54,784 nucleotides of DNA from an uncultured Clostridia bacterium (GTDB lineage: Bacteria > Bacillota > Clostridia > Christensenellales > UBA1242). Where the stretch lies: positions 1 to 54,784 of the forward strand of contig CANRGF010000001.1 of the NCBI GenBank assembly GCA_947630075.1, written 5' to 3'. Below the pieces are notes generated by a model. The model saw only the letters and a program-made list of their open reading frames with translations. It had not been told where the DNA came from and did not search any database. The position numbers were made by a program, and so were the translations under genes. Within the stretch, counting starts at the first letter, position 1. The number at the start of each line of letters is the position of its first letter. Shown piece by piece: positions 1-7,818 of the stretch.

Positions 1-1352
1 CTTACGGCCTTTTCTGCACCTTTTGCTTTATAGTGCATAGTGAATGCACCAATGGCTTGTTTGCCCACAAATTTTGCGCCTTGCTTCATCTTGCCGGTAA
101 CTCTATTCATAATGCCACCGCCAGCAGAGTAGGCATCGTCCCCATGCAGATATTGAGATAGCATAGACACGAAATCGCTCACCATAAACAGTCCTGCAAT
201 AGTGATTATCAATGGCACAATGCCAATGGCATCACTGCCAACTTTTATATGCGTGATTAGTGGCAAGATTTGGAAATATATATTTAACCCAACCACTGCG
301 CCATACGCCATGAAGAAGTTTTTGGTGAAATCTCCTTTCCATTTATTCACACCCGAGCCATCATCAAGCGGATAGAGCGCACACACAACAGGGCTAATGA
401 CGAAGAGAAGCAACAGTGTGAACAATCGCTTAATCATGCCAAAAGATAGTTTCATGAGCGCAAATATCATAAACACACCACCCGCACCCAGCAATAGGTA
501 GTTTATATCCCAAATTTTATAATCCAACATTACGGATGTAACTGTGGAAATGTTGGCAAACGGGGTTTTATAATAAGCGTCTAGCAAATTGGCATAATCT
601 TCATCTCGGCTAGAATCGTAAGAGCCACTAACCAAAGAAGTGTCTAGCCCCTCCATATCTTCAAATATTTGCCCAATCGAAGAGTATCCATTCCCTCCAA
701 AGAAGTGTGCCCACCAAGTGCCCGTGCCGAGTTGTGCCCAACCCGTTTTGTTAGTGTCATTATAATATCGTTGCAGTCTGCCAAAAGACACTTCTTTTTC
801 CCAGCCTCCACCACAGCGAAATACATTGCCTGTGTATGCCGACGAGACAAACAGTTGATGCGAGAGCGAACTATTGGTGAGAGAAGAACTTGATGTGGCT
901 TCGTTTAACACAACAAGCAACATATTGCCCGCAAGCACGCCCAGCAAGCAAGCAACAGGAATGAAAACGAAATGAATTAAACCCTTGAGTGCGCTAGATA
1001 TAATTTCTTGCCATTTTTTTTGCTTTGCTGCATACACATTTTTTATAAATGCCAATATGGTGAATATCACAAGCAAAAATAATGCTAAAATTGAAAACGA
1101 TATTAGCAAATTGCGAATTGTGGGTGTGTTTAGCAAATAATATAAAATGCCATTTGAATATTCATCTGTGGATGTGAAATTCATCGTAACTTCTGTGCCA
1201 CCCCAACCGACTGAACCAAATCCACCAAATGTAACGGTGCCAATGCCGGCAAAAGCAAAGAATATATCCTGCACTGCATCTATCACTGAAAAGATAACAG
1301 CAAAAAGCGGATATAAAAGCATGCCAACAATTTCTAATACCAAATCTAGCAT
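1..1352 (-). CDS. Polytopic membrane protein, VirB6/TrbL/TcpH-like candidate (C-terminus beyond window edge)
   Basis: Absent from the ORF track because it runs off the edge. Manual translation shows the minus frame open from 1352 down to 1, with an upstream in-frame TAA at 1380-1382. ATG at 1352 is preceded by AAAGGAGAA. N-terminus is MLDLVLEIVGMLLYPLFAVIFSVIDAVQDIFFAFAGIG, and there are several long hydrophobic spans (e.g. LLISFSILALFLLVIFTILAFI, LLLGAGGVFMIFALM, GIVPLIITIAGLFMV). Confidence 0.7.
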   Translation of the reverse strand, partial: MLDLVLEIVGMLLYPLFAVIFSVIDAVQDIFFAFAGIGTVTFGGFGSVGWGGTEVTMNFTSTDEYSNGILYYLLNTPTIRNLLISFSILALFLLVIFTILAFIKNVYAAKQKKWQEIISSALKGLIHFVFIPVACLLGVLAGNMLLVVLNEATSSSSLTNSSLSHQLFVSSAYTGNVFRCGGGWEKEVSFGRLQRYYNDTNKTGWAQLGTGTWWAHFFGGNGYSSIGQIFEDMEGLDTSLVSGSYDSSRDEDYANLLDAYYKTPFANISTVTSVMLDYKIWDINYLLLGAGGVFMIFALMKLSFGMIKRLFTLLLLFVISPVVCALYPLDDGSGVNKWKGDFTKNFFMAYGAVVGLNIYFQILPLITHIKVGSDAIGIVPLIITIAGLFMVSDFVSMLSQYLHGDDAYSAGGGIMNRVTGKMKQGAKFVGKQAIGAFTMHYKAKGAEKAV

Positions 1353-1432
1353 AAATGTTTTCTCCTTTGAATAGTGGTTTTAACTTGACCATAAGAAAAC
1401 AAAGATATTGAAAAACCCCTATATTTATTTTT

Positions 1433-1461
1433 ATTATATACTAATTTAACAAATTAATCAA
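1433..1461 (-). promoter_or_regulatory. Sigma-A type promoter for the polytopic membrane protein gene
   Basis: On the minus strand, TTGATT (1456-1461), a 17-nt spacer, then TATAAT (1433-1438). Confidence 0.5.
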
Positions 1462-1545
1462 ACAAATATTGCATTTTTCGGCAAATAAATTTAAGATTTT
1501 TAAAGCATAAATTAAGCATTTTGCACCCATAAAAGCATGAAAAAC

Positions 1546-1626
1546 GGGGGCTTTGGCGCGCGGCACGCGCGCCTGGCGGCAACGCCGCCCGCGGCTGCCA
1601 AAAGGCAGCCGCAAAGCCCCCCCCCC
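1546..1626. other. Very GC-rich branched inverted-repeat element (four-way junction / cloverleaf-like); possible complex intrinsic terminator or insulator
   Basis: Outer stem GGGGGCTTTG (1546-1555) pairs with CAAAGCCCCC (1612-1621) and encloses three perfect hairpins. These are GCGCGCG 1556-1562 / 1566-1572 (loop GCA), GGCGGC 1575-1580 / 1584-1589 (loop AAC), and CGGCTGCC 1592-1599 / 1604-1611 (loop AAAA). A C-run extends to 1626. The flanks are AT-rich. On the minus strand the structure is followed by GTTTTTC. Confidence 0.8.
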
Positions 1627-1630
1627 TGTT

Positions 1631-3115
1631 TTAATTCTGCGAATATGAAGGCTGGAAATCTGCAAAAGAGAACGGCTCTTCATTCCCTGAAAATGTGATA
1701 AACAATCCAGAAAGTTTGAGCGTGTAAATTCCGTCTTCACCTAGTTGCATATAAAATTGAGCATTTAGATTGGCGTCTTTCAACACACCCCACAAAGATT
1801 TTGCAACTTTTAGCGGATTGTTTTCTGCCGATGAAGTGCTGTCTATATCCGCGAAAGGCTCGAGCGTTAAATTTTCTTCTAATTCAAAATTGTAGATATC
1901 TCCCGCTCCTTCCGTGTATTTGCCCTCAAGGAAAAGTTTTTTATCAAACTCTGTCTCTCCCATAAGATACATGTTAAACTTTTCTATATCGATCTTTTTA
2001 GCATTAAATGATAATAAATTTGCCTTAACTTGCTCTTTTGGCATGATAATTGCAGCGATATAGTTTTCAAATTCCACATTGTTTATGCTATATTCTTCAC
2101 TTTCACTATCCGCACTCAAAAGATAATCTTTCACATAAATCATCTGCGTGCGAGATGGCAGTTTTTCCCCATTCTCATCTTGCAATACATACACCTCGGC
2201 GAAACTCTCCAAAAAAGATTGAAGAATTTTGCCCTCCGCATCTGTAACCTCTTCGTCTGCGGTGAAAAGTGGAGCAGTTTCGTCTGTGATATAGTCGGTG
2301 AGAGATTGAGAAATTTCGTCTAAAATTTCTTCATCAATGCCAAAATATTTAATGCCCAAAACAATCTCTTTCAACTCGTCAGGAATTTCCTCTCGCGAAA
2401 TGTCCGGATTATCTTGCACATACACTTCGATTGCAATTCGTTTTACTGCTTCATAAATTTCAGGATAGTTTTGCTCAAGCGTTTCCAAATCAAACTCTGC
2501 AGGAACGTTAATATTAATGGTTATGTCGCTATAATCCTTTTTAAACTCTTCAAGAGCGTAAGAAAACGAATCGGCATAATCTCGCTGCAAATCTTGGCTT
2601 GCTTGCTCAGCATCTTCATAGAAAACGCGCATGCCATAAAACATGTCGCCCTTCATGCCCAAAGCTGAAGAAAGCCCACCGGAAGAGCCCCCGCCGATGT
2701 CTCCAAGCGTGTTGACAATGCCAATTACTACGCCAATAACCATAATCACGGCAAGAATAATCAACATCACAATTGCGATGCATGGCAAAAGGGGCACGAT
2801 TGTGGCAAGAATGCTATTAATTTTTGCCGCAAATTCTCCATGCTTTTGTGCCACAACTCTTAAGAAAGATATTGCCTCACCCGGATCTATTTTGCGCATT
2901 GCATTAAGCAATTTTAATTCATTAAAGCCAAGGATAGGCCAAAATTTAGATTTTGTCATATAAATGCGCTTCATTGCATTGAAACGAGAGCGAATGTTAT
3001 TTTCATAGCGTTGTTTGTTTAAAAGTTGCTCTTCCTCAAACGCTTCTTGCTCGGCTTGATCGGCTTCTTCAATCTCTTCTTGTGTGAGATTTTCGTCCTC
3101 TTGATTGTCCGCCAT
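1631..3115 (-). CDS. Hypothetical single-pass membrane protein (acidic cytoplasmic N-terminus, large C-terminal exo-domain); possible VirB8/TcpC-type scaffold analogue
   Basis: 494-aa ORF with start context AAAAGGAGGGTCAAATG. N-terminus is rich in D/E/Q. One long TM segment (ILATIVPLLPCIAIVMLIILAVIMVIGVVIGIV) is followed by a GGGSSGG linker. I recognise no family motif. Confidence 0.7.
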   Translation of the reverse strand: MADNQEDENLTQEEIEEADQAEQEAFEEEQLLNKQRYENNIRSRFNAMKRIYMTKSKFWPILGFNELKLLNAMRKIDPGEAISFLRVVAQKHGEFAAKINSILATIVPLLPCIAIVMLIILAVIMVIGVVIGIVNTLGDIGGGSSGGLSSALGMKGDMFYGMRVFYEDAEQASQDLQRDYADSFSYALEEFKKDYSDITININVPAEFDLETLEQNYPEIYEAVKRIAIEVYVQDNPDISREEIPDELKEIVLGIKYFGIDEEILDEISQSLTDYITDETAPLFTADEEVTDAEGKILQSFLESFAEVYVLQDENGEKLPSRTQMIYVKDYLLSADSESEEYSINNVEFENYIAAIIMPKEQVKANLLSFNAKKIDIEKFNMYLMGETEFDKKLFLEGKYTEGAGDIYNFELEENLTLEPFADIDSTSSAENNPLKVAKSLWGVLKDANLNAQFYMQLGEDGIYTLKLSGLFITFSGNEEPFSFADFQPSYSQN

Positions 3116-3224
3116 TTGACCCTCCTTTTATTAAAAATTTTCTAATTATATTTTGCTTCAAAACGCGAAATTTAGCCAAAATTTGATTTGTGATGTGCGT
3201 TGAAAAGCGATTCCAATTAACTAT

Positions 3225-3252
3225 ATTATAACAAATTTTTAGTTTTAAACAA
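3225..3252 (-). promoter_or_regulatory. Extended -10 promoter for the 494-aa gene
   Basis: On the minus strand, TTGTTT (3247-3252), a 16-nt spacer, then TGTTATAAT (TATAAT = 3225-3230). Confidence 0.45.
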
Positions 3253-3293
3253 ATGTTTTCGCTAAGAATTGCAAATTTTCATTCTTTTTTGCA

Positions 3294-3318
3294 AGAAAAA
3301 AGGGCAACACGCCCTTTT
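3294..3318 (-). terminator. Intrinsic terminator after the lipoprotein gene
   Basis: Stem AAGGGC/GCCCTT (3300-3305 / 3311-3316) with loop AACAC. On the minus strand it is followed by TTTTTCT. Confidence 0.6.
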
Positions 3319-3331
3319 AATTTTAGCCTTA

Positions 3332-3703
3332 TTAAGCAACCTTATAATAGATTACGCAACTTTGCCCACCATAAGACACTCTCATGCTATGCGTACCTTT
3401 TGTGGTTGGCGAGAAACCGCTAAGCACACCATTTTTGGCAAGCATATCTGCCAAAGACATGCCCGTTTCATCTCCTAATGTAAACTCAGCGCCTGCAGAA
3501 CCAAGAACGATAAAGTCCTCTCTCTCCTTGTCTGTCATGTTATCCCACTCTTCAGATGTTTTTTGCTGATAATTCCAAGCAGTGTCCTCCGTCATGCCTG
3601 TGTTACAAGTCAACTTAGGGGCTTCGCCGCACGCAGCTAAAACGAAAATTGCAGAACAACATAAAATTGCTGTTAAAACAAGAGAGAATAATCTTTTTTT
3701 CAT
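3332..3703 (-). CDS. Lipoprotein, unknown function
   Basis: Signal peptide with lipobox: MKKRLFSLVLTAILCCSAIFVLAAC-GE. A GGAGG RBS precedes it. It starts 8 nt after the upstream pilin-like gene. Confidence 0.8.
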   Translation of the reverse strand: MKKRLFSLVLTAILCCSAIFVLAACGEAPKLTCNTGMTEDTAWNYQQKTSEEWDNMTDKEREDFIVLGSAGAEFTLGDETGMSLADMLAKNGVLSGFSPTTKGTHSMRVSYGGQSCVIYYKVA

Positions 3704-3711
3704 GATTCCTC

Positions 3712-4089
3712 CTATCTTAGAAATCTAACAAAATTCTTCACAAGATTTATGCCACCAATAACGCCTTCATCTTCACTACTATTCGTGTCGCCAACGATTT
3801 GTGATTGACGAATAATGTCTTCGATGTTGTATGCCAAGAAGTAGAACAAAGCAACGAGCAAGACAACGACAACGATACCAACGATGACCATAATCAACTT
3901 GGACTTTGCCTCTTCTCTTTCTTGCTTTTCGTCAGCCTTAACGAATTTGATGCCGACCCAAATTGCATAAATAATGCCTGCAACACTCACAACGATTAAA
4001 ATTGGGTTGATAAGGTTAATAACTGCACTAAGCAATGTGTCTAACCAACCATAACCGGTGTTGAATTGTGATGCTAATAAACTGCTCAT
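3712..4089 (-). CDS. Small two-TM pilin-like protein (VirB2/TrbC-like topology; resembles pilin-like conjugal-transfer proteins of Gram-positive/Mollicutes ICEs)
   Basis: 125 aa. Two hydrophobic helices (ILIVVSVAGIIYAIWVGI and LIMVIVGIVVVVLLVALFYFLA) are separated by a charged loop, KFVKADEKQEREEAKSK. RBS is AAAGGGGGGA. Confidence 0.6.
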   Translation of the reverse strand: MSSLLASQFNTGYGWLDTLLSAVINLINPILIVVSVAGIIYAIWVGIKFVKADEKQEREEAKSKLIMVIVGIVVVVLLVALFYFLAYNIEDIIRQSQIVGDTNSSEDEGVIGGINLVKNFVRFLR

Positions 4090-4143
4090 AATTTCCCCCC
4101 TTTAAAGCGGCGCACACTTATTTTTGCGCCTATTTATAAATTA

Positions 4144-4172
4144 ATGATAACAAGTTAAAATTTTAAAATCAA
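4144..4172 (-). promoter_or_regulatory. Extended -10 promoter for the pilin-like/lipoprotein operon
   Basis: On the minus strand, TTGATT (4167-4172), a 17-nt spacer, then TGTTATCAT (TATCAT = 4144-4149). Confidence 0.45.
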
Positions 4173-4180
4173 CTGTTTTC

Positions 4181-4343
4181 GCACAAATTTTACAAAATTT
4201 TTAAAATTTTTTATTTGCTGCTTTTTTTGCGGAAACTGCATTGCATTAGCTTTGCCTTTTCTCACAAATTTTACAAATATTTTTAATTTTTTTATTTAGC
4301 TCTTTTTTATGAGAAAACCGCATTGCTTTGGCTTCGCCTTTTT
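4181..4343. repeat. Two tandem imperfect ~80-bp direct repeats in the divergent T4SS intergenic region
   Basis: Copy 1 (4181-4260) reads GCACAAATTTTACAAAATTTTTAAAATTTTTTATTTGCTGC..GCGGAAACTGCATTGCATTAGCTTTGCCTTTT. Copy 2 (4261-4343) reads CTCACAAATTTTACAAATATTTTTAATTTTTTTATTTAGCTC..GAGAAAACCGCATTGCTTTGGCTTCGCCTTTTT. Confidence 0.8.
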
Positions 4344-4524
4344 GCATAACAACTGACAGTTTTTCGCTAAAAAACTGCACACATCTCACTCTCATATTTT
4401 CTGATTAATTTGTGATAAATTTGCTCGTTGTCAACTTTATTTTCGCAAATATTATGATTTTTATGCAAGTTGTTTGGCAATTTTGTGCGCTTTATCTCGA
4501 CATGCAAAAAAATTTGAAAAGCAT

Positions 4525-4553
4525 TTGACAAATTTGATTAATGTTTCTATAAT
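4525..4553 (+). promoter_or_regulatory. Consensus sigma-A promoter for the coupling-protein gene
   Basis: TTGACA (4525-4530), a 17-nt spacer, then TATAAT (4548-4553). Both hexamers match consensus perfectly. Confidence 0.7.
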
Positions 4554-4654
4554 GTATTTATACTTTAATATAAATGTTATTTTTTAACTGCCCCCGCGAG
4601 TTTTTGGCTTAAATTATTAATTTAGTTTTTGTTTACTTTTAAAAAGGAGTGATT

Positions 4655-6673
4655 ATGAAACATTTTCTCAAAGTTGGCCTTAAATATGTGATTAGTGCCA
4701 TATTAATCTTCGTGATTACTGTGTTTGCTATCACATATAAAGAGGATGGATATTTTGGCTTTAACATTGAGCATATCAAGCAAGGCATCCCATTTATGTT
4801 TGTGTTTGTGGCGGAAGGATTGTTGCTAGTGTTCGACCTTATGAAGCTTATTGACGGAAAAAATGCTAAAAAAACAAAAAAAGCAGTGGATAAGGTTAAA
4901 GATGAAAAGGGAAAGGACACAAAGCAATATTTCAGCCGCGACTTCTTGACAGATGAAGATATTAAGAAAAATAAGGACTTCAACCCAAACACTCTTGCCA
5001 CACTGCGTTCTTGCAAAAAAGACGGCATTTTGGTTAGAGCAGAGATGAAAGGGAACACCACAGAAATCAACTTCGTGCAGCCAATTCACACGCTCGTGGT
5101 GGGAACAACCTCATCTGGTAAAACACAGCGATTTGTTGTGCCTTCACTGCAACTTATGAGCATGACCGCTGCCAAACCTTCGTTTGTTGTTACCGACCCA
5201 AAAGGCGAACTTTATAGCCTATGCTCAAACAAGTTTAAGTCGGAAGGGTACGAAGTGAAAGTGCTTGATCTACGCACACCATTTGCGTCTGTGCAGTGGA
5301 ACCCACTGACCTACCCTTATGATATGTACACCCGCAGTTTTAATTTGGAAAAGGAAGTGAAAGTCCACCCAGCGGGAGATAATCCGCGCAATTACAATGT
5401 GATGTTGCAACGCCAATTTGATTTTAATAGTCAAGTTTGGTTTGAATTTGACGGAAAAGCGTATGCAGACAAGGAAGTGATGGAAAACGACATCACCATC
5501 CTCAAAAAAGAACTTGAAGATAAGGCATTTGACTCTATCAACGACACTTGCACCACCCTTGCCCCAATCGAATCAGGTAAAGACCCAACTTGGGAAAAGA
5601 CGGCGCAAAACCTAATCAAAGCGGTGATTATCGCCATGCTTGAAGATAGCCGCATTCCAGAATTGGGCATGACCCGTGATAGATACAATTTCTATAATGT
5701 GGCAAAAATTTGTAATATAACCGACTCTGGGCGAGACACTTATGCCACTCTTAAAAACTATTTGTTTAATTATAGAGATAAGTTTTCCAAAGTGGCAGAC
5801 CTTGCCACCACCGCTTTGCAGAACGCAGACACAACCACTAAAAACTATATGGGCTTTGTGTCTAACAAAATGGTTTTGTTTAGCGACACGGGCATAAGTT
5901 TCCTAACAGAAAAAACGGAAATAGACTTCGTTAATCTAGACGAAAAGCCAACCGCAATTTTCCTCATCATTCCAGATGAAGTGAGAACGCGTTATCCACT
6001 TGCAATTCTGTTTGTAACTCAGCTATATAAGAGATTGGTTGAGAAAGCGCAAAGCCTTGGCGGGCATTTAAAACGAAATGTTTACTTTATGCTAGACGAG
6101 TTTGGTAACATGCCAAAATTTCCAGAATGGGGTTCAATTATGACGGTCGGCAGAAGCCGTGGCATATTCTTCGAACTTTGCGTGCAATCTTACAGCCAAC
6201 TTTATCAGGTGTATGGTCAAGACGAAGGCAAGATTATTAAAGATAACTGCCCTATTCAAGTGTATATCGCATCTGAGGACACAACCACAAACAAAGAATT
6301 TAGCGAACTACTAGGCAAGAAAACAGTTGTGCAAGAAAACGAGCAGCGAAGCGTTGGCCCAGACGGCAAAGAAAGCAAAACCTATAACACTCAAACGCTA
6401 TCAATTCCTATTGCCTACCCTGAGCAGTTGCCAACCTTCCGTGATGAAGGAAAGGTTGCAATCAAATCATTCACACCAAACGCAGCATTGAAAACCACAA
6501 TGACTTACGCTTACAAAAACAAATGCTATGACCTAACATCTGTTAGCAGAACATACTCTCAAAAGAGATTGCTTGACGAAGCCAAAGTTTATTACGACAT
6601 CAAGCAAAGAAATTCACTTTTGGGCAAAAATGACAATACTGACGATGATGATGACGATGATGATTTGTTTTAA
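4655..6673 (+). CDS. Type IV secretion coupling protein (VirD4/TraG/TraD-family ATPase)
   Basis: Two N-terminal TM helices. Walker A is VVGTTSSGKTQ and the Walker B-like motif is VYFMLDEFGNMPKF. The C-terminal tail is poly-Asp (NTDDDDDDDDLF). The track start at 4649 is GTG, so I prefer ATG at 4655, which sits 5 nt after AAGGAG. Confidence 0.85.
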   Translation: MKHFLKVGLKYVISAILIFVITVFAITYKEDGYFGFNIEHIKQGIPFMFVFVAEGLLLVFDLMKLIDGKNAKKTKKAVDKVKDEKGKDTKQYFSRDFLTDEDIKKNKDFNPNTLATLRSCKKDGILVRAEMKGNTTEINFVQPIHTLVVGTTSSGKTQRFVVPSLQLMSMTAAKPSFVVTDPKGELYSLCSNKFKSEGYEVKVLDLRTPFASVQWNPLTYPYDMYTRSFNLEKEVKVHPAGDNPRNYNVMLQRQFDFNSQVWFEFDGKAYADKEVMENDITILKKELEDKAFDSINDTCTTLAPIESGKDPTWEKTAQNLIKAVIIAMLEDSRIPELGMTRDRYNFYNVAKICNITDSGRDTYATLKNYLFNYRDKFSKVADLATTALQNADTTTKNYMGFVSNKMVLFSDTGISFLTEKTEIDFVNLDEKPTAIFLIIPDEVRTRYPLAILFVTQLYKRLVEKAQSLGGHLKRNVYFMLDEFGNMPKFPEWGSIMTVGRSRGIFFELCVQSYSQLYQVYGQDEGKIIKDNCPIQVYIASEDTTTNKEFSELLGKKTVVQENEQRSVGPDGKESKTYNTQTLSIPIAYPEQLPTFRDEGKVAIKSFTPNAALKTTMTYAYKNKCYDLTSVSRTYSQKRLLDEAKVYYDIKQRNSLLGKNDNTDDDDDDDDLF

Positions 6674-6679
6674 AATTAA

Positions 6680-6705
6680 AGGCTAGCAAATGCTGGCCTT
6701 TTTTA
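6680..6705 (+). terminator. Intrinsic terminator after the coupling-protein gene
   Basis: AGGCTAGC (6680-6687) pairs with GCTGGCCT (6692-6699), including one G-U pair. Loop is AAAT, followed by TTTTTT. Confidence 0.7.
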
Positions 6706-6820
6706 TGCGGGTTATCAAAAAAATTAAAAAAATTTAAAAATTAACATAAAAAATCAATAAAAAACTCAATTTTTTTGCATTTTTAAAAATTTTTCTAAAA
6801 TTACGCTCACACTGTGCAAA

Positions 6821-7090
6821 TTAAAATTCCAAACCGCTCACTCTAAAATGTTCGTATTTCCACTTTTCAACCAAATCTAAAACGCTCTCGTTTGGGCGAA
6901 CAAAAAAATCAACACCATTTAAGTCTTTTAAAAATGCACCTCGCCTGCACTCGCGATTGATAAATTCAACAGCATCTGGGATGATCTCGCTAATAATATC
7001 TTTCCCTTTAAGTCCATAAATTGTTTTGAGCCCGCTTGCGTCATCTTCAATTTTTAAAGATTTATATGTATAAACTAAATTGCCTTTCAT
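6821..7090 (-). CDS. Hypothetical small protein
   Basis: The ORF track gives 6821..7105. I prefer the internal ATG at 7090, which is preceded by GGAGG (MKGNLVYTYK...). I recognise no family. Confidence 0.55.
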   Translation of the reverse strand: MKGNLVYTYKSLKIEDDASGLKTIYGLKGKDIISEIIPDAVEFINRECRRGAFLKDLNGVDFFVRPNESVLDLVEKWKYEHFRVSGLEF

Positions 7091-7266
7091 ATTAACCTCC
7101 AACATTCGTTAAATGTTATAATTTACAAAACAAAAATTCATTATATAACTCCAATAGAAGAAATCAATGAAAAATTTTATTGCAAATTTGTGATATAAAC
7201 TCATTTTATGACGAATTTTGAATTCTGTGAAAATTTTATAAATTCGCAATTTTTAACACAAATCTA

Positions 7267-7295
7267 TTGACAAAACGCATATAATATGTTATTAT
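7267..7295 (+). promoter_or_regulatory. Promoter for the tRNA gene
   Basis: TTGACA (7267-7272), a 17-nt spacer, then TATTAT (7290-7295). The tRNA 5' end lies about 22 nt downstream. Confidence 0.5.
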
Positions 7296-7316
7296 AAAAA
7301 AGCAAGCTAAAAACAT

Positions 7317-7393
7317 CGCGGGGTGGAGCAGCACGGCAGCTCGCTGGGCTCATAACCCAGAGGTCATTGGTTCAAATCCAATCCCCGCAACCA
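7317..7393 (+). tRNA. tRNA-Met, initiator type (anticodon CAU), CCA encoded
   Basis: The sequence reads CGCGGGGTGGAGCAGC...CTGGGCTCATAACCCAG...GGTTCAAATCC...CCCCGCAACCA. It has the C1-A72 acceptor mismatch and three consecutive G-C pairs in the anticodon stem, both initiator hallmarks. Confidence 0.9.
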
Positions 7394-7397
7394 CTCT

Positions 7398-7431
7398 AAA
7401 CCTAAATTGAACCACAATTTAGGTTTTTTAT
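7398..7431 (+). terminator. Intrinsic terminator after the tRNA
   Basis: AAACCTAAATT (7398-7408) pairs with AATTTAGGTTT (7416-7426). Loop is GAACCAC, followed by a T-run. Confidence 0.7.
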
Positions 7432-7452
7432 TATTTATTAACAAAAATAATA

Positions 7453-7743
7453 TTAATAATTTAAAATTCTGACTTTTGAAGGGAATGCTCCAAATCCTGT
7501 ACCTATTCCAGAATTATCCTCTAAAATCTCCAGCAATCCCAATTCTTCTAATCGTTTTAATGTTTTAATTGTGCAATTACCTCCAGGAGAAAAAACTATG
7601 CCATTTTGAGCATCTATAATAGTTTGAATCGCTTTCAAATCTTTTTTCTTTGCATTTTTTATATTGACTACCTGTTTTCTTGCTTCATCAATTTGTTTTT
7701 TACAAAATAATAAAGTTTCGTTTTGCAATTTTGTAAGTTTCAT
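7453..7743 (-). CDS. Hypothetical small protein
   Basis: 96-aa ORF preceded by AGAGGTGA. I recognise no family. Confidence 0.55.
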   Translation of the reverse strand: MKLTKLQNETLLFCKKQIDEARKQVVNIKNAKKKDLKAIQTIIDAQNGIVFSPGGNCTIKTLKRLEELGLLEILEDNSGIGTGFGAFPSKVRILNY

Positions 7744-7818
7744 ATATCACCTCTTAATAATTAATTTTATATAAAATGTAAAATAAAATCAAATGTTTTA
7801 AGCTTATATACCATCTTT

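Larger units (their letters stand above)
1..6705. mobile_element. Partial conjugative-element / type IV secretion-like gene module (continues beyond left edge; no relaxase, VirB4 ATPase or integrase in view)
   Basis: Co-located VirD4/TraG-type coupling ATPase, two-TM pilin-like protein, lipoprotein, single-pass protein and polytopic membrane protein. Each unit has its own promoter or terminator. An initiator tRNA lies at the right flank. Confidence 0.5.

Noticed and set aside
1441-1740. 99-aa minus-strand ORF (...GGGALRLPFGSRGRRCRQARVPRAKAP...) spanning the GC-rich element
   Set aside because: The Arg/Gly/Ala-rich translation comes from reading through the GC-rich palindromes. The ORF overlaps the 3' end of the 494-aa gene and has no RBS, so I treated it as non-coding.
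4181-4343. CRISPR array
   Set aside because: There are only two adjacent ~80-bp copies with no spacers, and no other short regularly spaced repeats were seen anywhere in the window.
7317-7393. A direct repeat of the tRNA-fMet 3' end that would mark an att site for the flanking accessory segments
   Set aside because: No second copy of the ..GGTTCAAATCCAATCCCCGCAACCA segment was spotted by eye in 1-9600, so element borders cannot be claimed. This needs a computational repeat search.
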